From an uncultured Gemmatimonadaceae bacterium (GTDB lineage Bacteria > Gemmatimonadota > Gemmatimonadetes > Gemmatimonadales > Gemmatimonadaceae), in NCBI GenBank assembly GCA_963740355.1, contig CAVUDW010000002.1, positions 2,144,001 to 2,208,000 of the forward strand: a DNA stretch of 64,000 nucleotides. Reading direction: 5' to 3'. Of this stretch, positions 37,266 to 46,192 are shown piece by piece. Every line of letters starts with the position of its first letter. Within the stretch, counting starts at the first letter, position 1. The notes beneath the pieces were generated by a model that worked only from the letters and a program-made list of their open reading frames with translations, did not search any database and was not told the origin of the DNA. The translations under genes and the position numbers were made by a program.

Positions 37266-38437
37266 CGGCTGCCGTCACGGTCGAAGTGGTGCGTGAACGA
37301 TTCCGGATGGGCGTCGAGGCCCGCGCCTTGTTGCTGATCACGGCTATCCTGCTCGTGCTCGGACTCGCCACGGTCTACAGCGCGACCGTCATCGTGGCCC
37401 AGCAGAAGAACTACACCCCGTCCTACTACCTCGTACGCCAACTGGTCGGTGCCGGCATCGGGATCGTCGCCTTCGCGATTTGCGCCAAGGTCGACGCCGA
37501 ACGGTACCGAGGCTGGGCCTGGCAGATCATGATTGCCGCCCTGGTGGCCATGCTGGCCGTGCTGGTGCTGTCGCCCAACGTCAACGGCTCGAAGCGGTTC
37601 CTCTTCAGTCACGCCGTGCAGCCATCTGAATTCGCCAAGCTCGCCGTCATCATCTGGACAGCGATGCTGGCGGCGAAAAAAGGCGAACAGCTCCGACGGC
37701 TCGGCAAGGGATTGCTGCCATTCTTTGCCGTGGTCGGGGCACTGGCCGTGCTCGCGATTCTCGAGCCCGATGTGTCCGTGGCCCTCTTCTACATGGCGCT
37801 CATGGGCGCGATGCTCTTCATCGCCGGTGCCCGGGTGGGGCACTTCCTCTTCATCGGCCTGCTGGTCATCCCACTCGCCTGGGGCCGGATGAATGGCTAC
37901 GTGAAGTGCAGGATCGCCGACTGGCGCGGTGATACGACGCGCGTGGTGGGCTGTGCCGCAGATATCGATCTCCAGACGCGACAGTCCATGATCGCGATTG
38001 GATCGGGCAAGGTGTTCGGAGTCGGCTTCGGCGAAGGTCGTCAGCAAAGCGGCTTTCTGCCGTTCCAGTACACCGACTTCATCGGCTCCAACATCGGCGA
38101 GGAATGGGGCTTCGTCGGCCTCTTCACCGTCGTGGCGCTCTTCGGCGGATATGCCTGGCTCGGCTTCCGCATCGCTCGCGATGCCCGAAGTCAGTTCCTC
38201 CAGCTGGTGGCGGTTGGCCTCACCCTCACCACCGTCACCACGGCTTTCGTCCACCTGGCGGTGATCACGGGACTCTTCCCGAATACGGGCCTGACCCTGC
38301 CATTCATCTCCTACGGCCGCAGCAACCTGCTGATCTCGCTCGCGATGACCGGGATTCTGGTCAACATCGGAAGCACACGCGAACGCGTTTATAGCGACGC
38401 GATGCCCGACCCAATCCTTGGGCTCGGCGCTCGCTGA
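37262..38437 (+). CDS. ftsW: SEDS peptidoglycan polymerase FtsW
   Basis: NGSKRF, QPSEFAK, TDFIGSNIGEEWG, GLTLPFISYG. Confidence 0.95.
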   Translation: MTAAVTVEVVRERFRMGVEARALLLITAILLVLGLATVYSATVIVAQQKNYTPSYYLVRQLVGAGIGIVAFAICAKVDAERYRGWAWQIMIAALVAMLAVLVLSPNVNGSKRFLFSHAVQPSEFAKLAVIIWTAMLAAKKGEQLRRLGKGLLPFFAVVGALAVLAILEPDVSVALFYMALMGAMLFIAGARVGHFLFIGLLVIPLAWGRMNGYVKCRIADWRGDTTRVVGCAADIDLQTRQSMIAIGSGKVFGVGFGEGRQQSGFLPFQYTDFIGSNIGEEWGFVGLFTVVALFGGYAWLGFRIARDARSQFLQLVAVGLTLTTVTTAFVHLAVITGLFPNTGLTLPFISYGRSNLLISLAMTGILVNIGSTRERVYSDAMPDPILGLGAR

Positions 38438-39546
38438 TGGCCGGATCGGGCACCTTTTATATCGCCGGCGGCGGCACGGGTGGACACCTCTACCCCGGCC
38501 TCGCCATCGCCGACGCGCTCGTCAGCCAGCGACCTGATCTGGACATCATGTTCATCGGTGCCCAGCGTGGAATCGAACGCATCGTCCTCCCAACGACCCG
38601 CTGGCGACACGAGCTACTCGACCTCCACCCGCTCTATCGCTCGGCACCCTGGCAAAACTGGAAGACGATTCGCGGACTGGCCTCGGCCTTTAAAAGCATT
38701 GGGCGACTCGCTGCGGCATCGCGGCCGATCGGGGTCCTCGGCACGGGCGGCTACGCAGCCGGTGCACTACTCGGTTACGCCCGCATGAAATCGGTACCGT
38801 ATTTCCTGCAGGAGCAGAATGCGGTCGCAGGACTGACTGTCAAATTTTTTAGCGGCTCGGCACGTACGACATTTCTCGGGTTTCCCGAATCGGTTCAGAC
38901 GCTGCCCGAGTCCGCCAGGTCGCGCGCGCTGGTCACCGGGAACCCGATCGCGCCGCCACCGGTGCCGCTTCCCGATCGGGCCGCCGCCCGGGCACAATGG
39001 TCCTTCGACGCCTCGATCACGCGCGTGCTGCTCGTCTTCGGCGGCAGCCAAGGGTCGCGCGCCGTCAATGATGCCGTGGCGGCGTGGTTGCCCACCGGCC
39101 TGCCAGAAGGATGGGGTGTGATCTGGGTCACGGGCCGGACTGAGTTCGACCGGCTGAAACACCTCGACAACGCTCGGGTTCGCCTCGTCGCCTACCAACA
39201 CCCGATGGCGGATGCGTACGCGGCTGCCGATCTTGCGGTCGCACGCGCGGGCGCGATGTCGACGGCGGAACTCTGCGCCTGGGGCATTCCCATGCTGTTG
39301 ATTCCATTGCCGACCGCGGCCGCCGATCACCAGACGCAAAACGCCGAAGCCCTCGAAAGCGCCAACGCGGCCCGCCTCATCCTGCAGAGTTCCCTGGCGA
39401 CCGGTGAACTGGGTCGGGTGCTGAACACTGTCTGCACCGATGCCTCGGTGCTCGACAGCATGGGCCGCGCCGCGCGATCACGGGCACGAATTGACGCATC
39501 GCAAGTGATTGCTTCGCATATTCTTACGTCGCTCAACCTCCAGTAG
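38437..39546 (+). CDS. murG: Lipid II GlcNAc transferase
   Basis: GGGTGGHLYP, GTGGY, EQNAVAG, GGSQGS, RAGAMS, DHQTQNA. Confidence 0.97.
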   Translation: MAGSGTFYIAGGGTGGHLYPGLAIADALVSQRPDLDIMFIGAQRGIERIVLPTTRWRHELLDLHPLYRSAPWQNWKTIRGLASAFKSIGRLAAASRPIGVLGTGGYAAGALLGYARMKSVPYFLQEQNAVAGLTVKFFSGSARTTFLGFPESVQTLPESARSRALVTGNPIAPPPVPLPDRAAARAQWSFDASITRVLLVFGGSQGSRAVNDAVAAWLPTGLPEGWGVIWVTGRTEFDRLKHLDNARVRLVAYQHPMADAYAAADLAVARAGAMSTAELCAWGIPMLLIPLPTAAADHQTQNAEALESANAARLILQSSLATGELGRVLNTVCTDASVLDSMGRAARSRARIDASQVIASHILTSLNLQ

Positions 39547-39562
39547 TTTCCAGCTCACGGAC

Positions 39563-40978
39563 ATGGCAGTCGATTCCCGAACCAGTGCACGCATGCGCGA
39601 CGACGCGCTGCGACTCTTCCGCGAGCCGGACACGCGCCCCGTCCACTTCGTCGGGATCGCCGGCGCGGGGATGAGCGCGCTCGCCGAACTCTTCGTTCGA
39701 CGCGGCGTCCTGGTCACCGGCAGCGACATGAATGCCGCCGGCAACGCCGACCTGTCCGCACTCGGTGTCATCGTCCACAAGGGACACGACGCAGCGTTCG
39801 TCCATGGTGCGCGCGCCGTCGTCGCCTCCTCCGCGATCCCGCACGACCATGTCGAACTCGTCGCTGCTACCGAACTCGGCATTCCGATCATCCGCCGCGC
39901 TGAAGCGCTCGGAGCCGCAGTCGATGGGATGCAGATCGTCGGAATCGCAGGAACCCACGGAAAGACGACCACGACCGTGATGACCACGGAAGCCCTCGCC
40001 GGAACCGCCGCCGCCCCCACCGGCATCGTCGGCGGACGGGTGCAGCGCTGGGGCGGAAACCTGCGGTGGGGCGGCGGAAATACGGTCGTGGTCGAAGCGG
40101 ACGAATACGACCGATCGTTCCTCGCGCTCCACCCGACGGTCGCGGTCGTCACCAACGTCGAGGCGGACCACCTCGACATCTATACCGACCTCGCCGACAT
40201 CGTCGGCGCGTTCGAGCTCTACCTCACCGGCGCGAAAGGCATCGTCATCTGTGCCGATGACGCCGGCGCGGAATCGCTCAGCTTGCCGGATTCGGCCGAC
40301 GTGATCCGCTACGGCCTCGATCACCCCGACGCCCGGTTGGTCGGCATTACACACGGCCCGACCATGCGCGTGATCTTCGACGGAGCACCGCTCGGTGACC
40401 TGACTCTCCAGGTGCCTGGCGACCACAACCGCCGGAACGCCCTCGCCGCCCTCGCCGCAGGGCTCCTGCTCGGATATGAATTCGACGAGTTGCGCACCGG
40501 GCTGGAGTCGTTCAGCGGCGTCGAACGGCGCTTCGAACGGAAGGGTGAGGTGGATGGGATCCTGGTCGTGGACGACTACGCACACCACCCGACCGAAGTC
40601 CGCGCCACCCTCGAAGCCGCCCGCGCCGCCTTCCCGGACCGCCGGATCGTCGCGCTCTTCCAGCCGCACCTCTACACCCGGACACGAGACTTCGCCGAAG
40701 AGTTCGGAGCGGCGCTGGCCGAACTGGCCGACATGGTCTTCCTGACCGACATCTACAAGGCGCGGGAGCAACCGATCGACGGGGTTTCCGCGGCGCTCAT
40801 CGCGGCCGCAGCCGGACGGGCGGGACATGCTCCCGACTGGTTCGGCCTCCGTATCGACGCTACCAACGCCCTCCTCGCCCACGTGCGCCCCGGTGATCTC
40901 GTGCTCACGATGGGCGCCGGCGATGTCACCCAGGTCGGGCCCGAATTGCTGGCCGCACTCGCCGCGAGGGCCACATGA
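39563..40978 (+). CDS. murC: UDP-MurNAc:L-Ala ligase
   Basis: HFVGIAGAGMS, GTHGKTTTT, EADEYD, DDYAHHPTE, FQPHLYTRT. Confidence 0.97.
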   Translation: MAVDSRTSARMRDDALRLFREPDTRPVHFVGIAGAGMSALAELFVRRGVLVTGSDMNAAGNADLSALGVIVHKGHDAAFVHGARAVVASSAIPHDHVELVAATELGIPIIRRAEALGAAVDGMQIVGIAGTHGKTTTTVMTTEALAGTAAAPTGIVGGRVQRWGGNLRWGGGNTVVVEADEYDRSFLALHPTVAVVTNVEADHLDIYTDLADIVGAFELYLTGAKGIVICADDAGAESLSLPDSADVIRYGLDHPDARLVGITHGPTMRVIFDGAPLGDLTLQVPGDHNRRNALAALAAGLLLGYEFDELRTGLESFSGVERRFERKGEVDGILVVDDYAHHPTEVRATLEAARAAFPDRRIVALFQPHLYTRTRDFAEEFGAALAELADMVFLTDIYKAREQPIDGVSAALIAAAAGRAGHAPDWFGLRIDATNALLAHVRPGDLVLTMGAGDVTQVGPELLAALAARAT

Positions 40979-41730
40979 CCTCCGCGGCACGCCTCGCAAC
41001 CGAAGTACCGACCGAGTCGGTCGACGTCGACCGGAAAAAACTGGTCGGCCGCAGCGCACTGCTGATTGCTGCCGTCACAGCCGTCTTTTTCGGCGCGCCC
41101 AAGCTCCTCAGCACCCTCGACTACTTTCACGTCCAGACGGTGCAACTCGAAGGGGCGCGCTTTCTTACGCCCACCGCTGTCATCGGTGCACTCGGCACGG
41201 ACACATCGGCGAGCGTTTTCGATGATCCTGCGCGTTTTCAGGCAAAGGTCGAGAGCATTCCACTCGTCTCGCACGCGCAGGTCCGCCGCCGTCTCCCCGG
41301 CACCTTGGTCGTGACCATCGTCGAACGGATTCCGGTAGCGCTCACTGCGACCGCCAACGGATTCCGAGGGGTCGATTCCGCCGGCACTCGACTGCCGATC
41401 GATCCGTCGATCTCAGCCTTCGACGCCCCGGTCGTCCTGCCGCCGTCCGGGCCGCGCGACACTGCGGCCGATCGAAAGCTCTACAACCTGCTCGGCGCGA
41501 TCCGCGCTCGAGACCCCGCACTCTTCGATGCCCTCGAAGAGGTCCGGCGTGTCTCGCCGGTGGAATGGCAGTTCCGAACAACACGCCAACTCGTGCGCGT
41601 CATGCCGGAGGTGACGCTGGAACGATTGGCTGACATCTTTCCCGTAGAGCGGGATCTGGCCAAGCGACGCATCCGCGCCGCCGAGCTCGACCTGCGGTTC
41701 CGCAACCTCGTCATCGCCCGACTGCCATGA
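40975..41730 (+). CDS. ftsQ: Cell division protein FtsQ/DivIB
   Basis: One TM, POTRA domain (VRRRLPGTLVVTIVER), C-terminal LDLRF. Confidence 0.9.
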   Translation: MTSAARLATEVPTESVDVDRKKLVGRSALLIAAVTAVFFGAPKLLSTLDYFHVQTVQLEGARFLTPTAVIGALGTDTSASVFDDPARFQAKVESIPLVSHAQVRRRLPGTLVVTIVERIPVALTATANGFRGVDSAGTRLPIDPSISAFDAPVVLPPSGPRDTAADRKLYNLLGAIRARDPALFDALEEVRRVSPVEWQFRTTRQLVRVMPEVTLERLADIFPVERDLAKRRIRAAELDLRFRNLVIARLP

Positions 41731-42995
41731 GTTCAGACCGTCTTGTCGCCGCGCTCGACATCGGCTCCGCGTATACCACCGCCCTCATCGCGGAGGTCAC
41801 CGGCGAGCTCCCGCGGCGGCCGATGCTCAAGGTCCTCGGCGTCGGAACGGCCCGAACCGCCGGATTCCGACGTGGTGTGGTGTCGGATATCGAAGAAACG
41901 ACCCGGTCCATCGCGCAGGCACTCGGTGAGGCCGAACGTATGGCCGGTCAGAAGGTCGAAGCGTTGTACGTCGGCATTGCTGGCGAGCACGTCCAGACCA
42001 TGACCAGCCAGGGGATCGTCGCCGTCAACGGTGACGAGATCACCCGCGCCGATGTGGATCGTGCGAACGAAGTCGCCCGGGCCCAGTCCATCCCGCGGGA
42101 ACGGGAACTGCTGCACGCCATCCCGCAGGAATACACCGTCGACAAGAACCTCGGAGTCCGAGATCCCGTCGGAATGGTCGGGACACGCCTCGAGACCGAG
42201 ATGTACCTCGTGACCGTCGGCGCGTCACCAGCCAACAACATCCGGAAAGCAGTCGAGAAGGCAGGCTACAAGACGAAGGACCTCGTCCTGGCCCCGCTCG
42301 CCAGCGCGCTCGCGACGCTGACGGAAGACGAGAAGGAGCTCGGTGTCGTGCTCGTCGAGATGGGGTCGGGCACCACCGACGTTGCCGTCTTCCTCGAAGG
42401 CAAGATTCGCCATGTCGCCACGATCAACCTCGGCGGTCAGAACGTCACGGCCGACATCATCCACGGGCTCGGCGTGTCACCAGTGGATGCCGATCGCCTG
42501 AAGGAAGAGTTCGGCTGCGCGTATGAGCCCATGATCCAGCCTGGCCAGTTCATCACGCTGCCCAGCACCGTCACCCAGGGTGACCGCCAGATCCCGTACG
42601 AACTGCTGGCACACATCATCCAGCAGCGCACCGACGAGATCTTCGATCATGTCCAGCGCGACCTCGAGCGGGCCGGCTTCGCAAAGCAGTTGAACGCCGG
42701 CGTCGTTGTCACCGGCGGCGCATCGGTTACCGCCGGGATCGCTGAACTGGCGTCCGATCTGTTCGGCCAGACCGTCCGCATCGGCATGCCCGCCGGGATC
42801 GACGGCCTCATCGAAGCCGTCAGCTCACCCCGATTCAGCTGCGTCGTCGGACTGGCTCAGTTCGGTGCTGGACGTGTTGCGATTGCCTCCATGCTCCAGC
42901 CGGCCACGACAGGGAAGCGCCCCACTTCCGCCACGCCAGCCGGCGTCAACCAGATCGTCGGCAAGCTGAAGGAGTGGTTCCAGGATTTCTTCTGA
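41727..42995 (+). CDS. ftsA: Cell division protein FtsA
   Basis: ALDIGS, DPVGMVGTRLE, GVVVTGG, and C-terminal amphipathic helix KLKEWFQDFF. Confidence 0.97.
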   Translation: MSSDRLVAALDIGSAYTTALIAEVTGELPRRPMLKVLGVGTARTAGFRRGVVSDIEETTRSIAQALGEAERMAGQKVEALYVGIAGEHVQTMTSQGIVAVNGDEITRADVDRANEVARAQSIPRERELLHAIPQEYTVDKNLGVRDPVGMVGTRLETEMYLVTVGASPANNIRKAVEKAGYKTKDLVLAPLASALATLTEDEKELGVVLVEMGSGTTDVAVFLEGKIRHVATINLGGQNVTADIIHGLGVSPVDADRLKEEFGCAYEPMIQPGQFITLPSTVTQGDRQIPYELLAHIIQQRTDEIFDHVQRDLERAGFAKQLNAGVVVTGGASVTAGIAELASDLFGQTVRIGMPAGIDGLIEAVSSPRFSCVVGLAQFGAGRVAIASMLQPATTGKRPTSATPAGVNQIVGKLKEWFQDFF

Positions 42996-43070
42996 GCTGA
43001 TCGTCAGGCCACCGAACGGACCCTGAGTCGAAGCAAAATTGAGCGTCTGACATCTGCTGCGTGACAGGCC

Positions 43071-43109
43071 AGCCGACCGCATTCCACAGGGAGTGCGGTC
43101 GGCTTTTTT
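43071..43109 (+). terminator. Intrinsic terminator between ftsA and ftsZ
   Basis: AGCCGACCGCATTCC-ACAG-GGAGTGCGGTCGGCT, a 15-bp stem with one G-U pair, followed by TTTTT. Confidence 0.85.
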
Positions 43110-43424
43110 CGTTCCGGGGAATACGCGCACATGAGCACGCGAATCCAGACAAGTGGGAAATCGCCATCCCTCGGCAGTCGTGAAAGGCAGCAACGGGCAC
43201 AATTGGCCCCAGTGCTTCGGGGCAACTTGTTGCTCGAGGCGTCGACTGAGCACGTCAGGCCGATCGGAACGTCACTCCTCGTGTTGCACACGAAGCAGGC
43301 GCTTCTAAGTGCTGAAGGAGCCTGTTCTTGACCGCTGGTGAGATCGATCTGATTGTGAGCTGTGACGTCCAGAGCCAGCCTCTTGACGTCCGCAGTGCAG
43401 GACATAGCGTTGAACACTGCTGTT

Positions 43425-43433
43425 TGCTATACT
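43425..43433 (+). promoter_or_regulatory. Putative extended -10 promoter for ftsZ
   Basis: TG-C-TATACT about 115 nt upstream of ftsZ, in an AT-richer patch. No well-spaced -35. Confidence 0.55.
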
Positions 43434-43548
43434 CTCTGCTTGTCCGCGCCGCCGCGGGGGATCGTGTCTCCGGGCCAGCGTGTTTTCTCTTTGTTTGTCA
43501 GCCGGCCGCCCGGTCTCTCTCCAGCCATCCCGCGGAGCGCAGCGCCCC

Positions 43549-44781
43549 ATGTCCGCCATGATCTTCGAGTTCGAGGAACGCAGTACATCCAACGCCGTCA
43601 TCAAGGTGATTGGTGTTGGCGGCGGCGGCGGGAATGCCGTCAACCGGATGATTGAGGAGCACCTCAGCGGTGTGGAGTTCATCTCGGTCAACACTGACGC
43701 GCAGGCGCTCCACAACTCCAAGGCCAACGTCAAGATCCAGATCGGTCGAAAGCTGACCAACGGACTTGGGGCTGGTGCGCGACCGGATGTCGGTCGGCAG
43801 TCGATTGAAGAGAATCGCGAGGAAGTCAGTCGCATCGTGGCTGGCGCTGACCTCGTCTTCGTGACCTGCGGCATGGGTGGCGGCACCGGTACGGGAGCCG
43901 CGCCAGTCATTGCAGAGATCGCCAGAGAGTCCGGCGCCTTGACCGTCGGCATCGTGACCAAGCCCTTCCTCTTCGAAGGGCGGAAGCGGATGCGCCAAGC
44001 CGAACTCGGCATTAGCGAACTGCGGAAGCACGTCGACACAATGATCGTCGTCCCGAACGAACGACTGCTCGCGGTCGTCGGACGTGGGATGCCGTTCCAG
44101 GATGCCCTGAAGAAGGCCGACGAGGTCCTGCTCCAGGCGACCTCAGGCATTTCCGGCATCATCAACACGTCCAGTACGATCAACGTCGACTTCGCCGACG
44201 TCCGCACCGTCATGCAGAACGGCGGCTCGGCGCTCATGGGTTCAGGCATCGGGCGCGGTGAGAACCGCGCGATGGAAGCTGCCCAGCAGGCCATCGCCAG
44301 CCCGTTGCTCGACAGCGTCTCGATTTCCGGCGCCCAGTCCGTCCTCATCAACATCGTGGGCGGCCCGGACCTCCAACTCGGCGAAGTCCAGCAAATTGCC
44401 GAGCTCGTTCAGGAGTCCGTCGGCGACGACGCCGAAATCATCTTCGGCGGCGATTCCAGCAATCCTGCGATGGAAGGAGAAATCCGCGTCACGCTCATCG
44501 CGACCGGATTCGACCGTGCGCTCGGCCAGGCGACCCCGGACTTCCGGCCCGGGATCGTGCCTGCGGCCAGTCAGGGTCGGCAGGTACCGGCTCAGCTCGT
44601 CGTCCCGAAGCCCAGCAGCATCGTGCGCCCGGGCCAGTCCGGCCAGACGCCGCAGGCGATCCAACAGGCTCAGCCGAACGCCGGTGGTCCGCGCCCCGTC
44701 ACTGGGCCGGCGCGCCCGATGCGACCCGTTTCTCAAGACGATCTCGAAATTCCGACCTTCATGCGGCGCCAGATGGATTGA
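43549..44781 (+). CDS. ftsZ: Cell division protein FtsZ
   Basis: GVGGGGGNAV, GMGGGTGTG, NVDFADV, C-terminal DDLEIPTFMR. Alternative start ATG 43558. Confidence 0.99.
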   Translation: MSAMIFEFEERSTSNAVIKVIGVGGGGGNAVNRMIEEHLSGVEFISVNTDAQALHNSKANVKIQIGRKLTNGLGAGARPDVGRQSIEENREEVSRIVAGADLVFVTCGMGGGTGTGAAPVIAEIARESGALTVGIVTKPFLFEGRKRMRQAELGISELRKHVDTMIVVPNERLLAVVGRGMPFQDALKKADEVLLQATSGISGIINTSSTINVDFADVRTVMQNGGSALMGSGIGRGENRAMEAAQQAIASPLLDSVSISGAQSVLINIVGGPDLQLGEVQQIAELVQESVGDDAEIIFGGDSSNPAMEGEIRVTLIATGFDRALGQATPDFRPGIVPAASQGRQVPAQLVVPKPSSIVRPGQSGQTPQAIQQAQPNAGGPRPVTGPARPMRPVSQDDLEIPTFMRRQMD

Positions 44782-44812
44782 GTCCTGAGGCGCATCGGGC
44801 CATCATGAGTTG

Positions 44813-46192
44813 ATGCCCGACGCTCCGATCGAATCCGGATACCGAACGCGACGAGAGCGCGCGCTTGAACGCCATGCACGGCGTCGGGCGCGCGCCGTCG
44901 TTTTGGTGAGCGTCCTGGCCGCAGCCGGCGTCGCTCTGTGGCGACTGCCCCAGCGACAGCCGCCCTTGCCGCGAGACACCGATACCCGGGCGCCGTCGCT
45001 TCCCGTGGCGCGGCGAGACACCATCCGGAAGGGCGAGCTCGTGGTCGCCGGCCTCATGCGGGCCGGCCTCGATTCTGGTCAAGCCGCCGACGTGGTACGC
45101 GCCTCCGAAACACGGCCGACCGCGCGGCGTGACATCCCCTTCGCTCTCTTTTCCGACAGCTCGACCGCGCCCGTTCGGGAGGTCGAGTTTCAGGTCGCGG
45201 ACGACCGCAGCATCCGCGTCATGCGCGTCGCCGAGACGGTGTGGGAAGCCACTGAGCGGCGCGAGCTCTGGCGCATCGACACCATCGCCGTTCGGGGCCC
45301 CGTCGTCGGGTCGCTGGTCGAATCCGTCCGCAGTGCTGGTCGAGGTGCGCTCAGTGTCCGGGCACGTCTCGATCTCGCGTATGCCGTCGCCGAGGCGTTC
45401 GAGTACAAGCTCGATGTCAGCCGGGATCTCGGCCCAGGCGATTCAGTGGTGGCCGTCGTCGAGCGTCGACGCACTGCGTTCGGCGCCGAGCAGACCGGAC
45501 CCCTCATCGCGGGGGCACTACTGCATGGCGGCGAGTGGCTGAGGGCCATCCGTTTTACAACCCCGAAGGGCACCTCGGAGTATTACGATGTGGATGGTCG
45601 ACCCATGCGCACAACGTTCCTCGCCGCCCCGCTCGAGTTCCGTCGGATGTCGAGCGCATTCGGCCTGCGGTTGCATCCCATCCTTGGCATTTTTCGGCGG
45701 CACCCCGGCATCGATTTCGCGGCGGCGAACGGCACGCCGGTGCGTGCGGTTGGGGACGGTGCGGTGATCAAGGCTGGGTACGGTGGTGGCTATGGCAAGG
45801 TGATCGAACTCCGTCATCGCGACGGCATGATCACGCGGTACGGTCACCTTCGTGCATTCGCGACAGGATTGCGTGAAGGGCAGGTGGTAACGCAGGGACA
45901 GGTTATTGGCTTCGTTGGGTCTACCGGACTTTCCACGGGCCCGCATCTGCACTTCGAGACCTTGGTGAACGGTGTATCCAAAGAACCAACCCGCACGTTG
46001 CGCGAAGCGAGTGGCATCGTGCTGACCGGCCCTGAACTGACCAAGTTCGCGCTCACGCGCGACGCCATCGCAGCGCGCCTCGGCATTGTGCACTCCACGG
46101 CAGTGACTACCCGTCGGGCCACCGATTCCGCGGTGCCGGCAGCGGCCGTTCCCGTCACCCCACCTGCGGCGAGCTTGGGCGCGCCGAAGTGA
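44813..46192 (+). CDS. M23 family peptidoglycan endopeptidase (MepM-like)
   Basis: N-terminal TM, HPGIDFAA (HxxxD), YGHL, STGPHLHFE (HxH). Confidence 0.92.
   Translation: MPDAPIESGYRTRRERALERHARRRARAVVLVSVLAAAGVALWRLPQRQPPLPRDTDTRAPSLPVARRDTIRKGELVVAGLMRAGLDSGQAADVVRASETRPTARRDIPFALFSDSSTAPVREVEFQVADDRSIRVMRVAETVWEATERRELWRIDTIAVRGPVVGSLVESVRSAGRGALSVRARLDLAYAVAEAFEYKLDVSRDLGPGDSVVAVVERRRTAFGAEQTGPLIAGALLHGGEWLRAIRFTTPKGTSEYYDVDGRPMRTTFLAAPLEFRRMSSAFGLRLHPILGIFRRHPGIDFAAANGTPVRAVGDGAVIKAGYGGGYGKVIELRHRDGMITRYGHLRAFATGLREGQVVTQGQVIGFVGSTGLSTGPHLHFETLVNGVSKEPTRTLREASGIVLTGPELTKFALTRDAIAARLGIVHSTAVTTRRATDSAVPAAAVPVTPPAASLGAPK

Noticed and set aside
43151..43160. MraZ-type GTGGG box upstream of ftsZ
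   Set aside because: Only one copy, whereas MraZ sites are regularly spaced direct repeats, and no mraZ is in the window.
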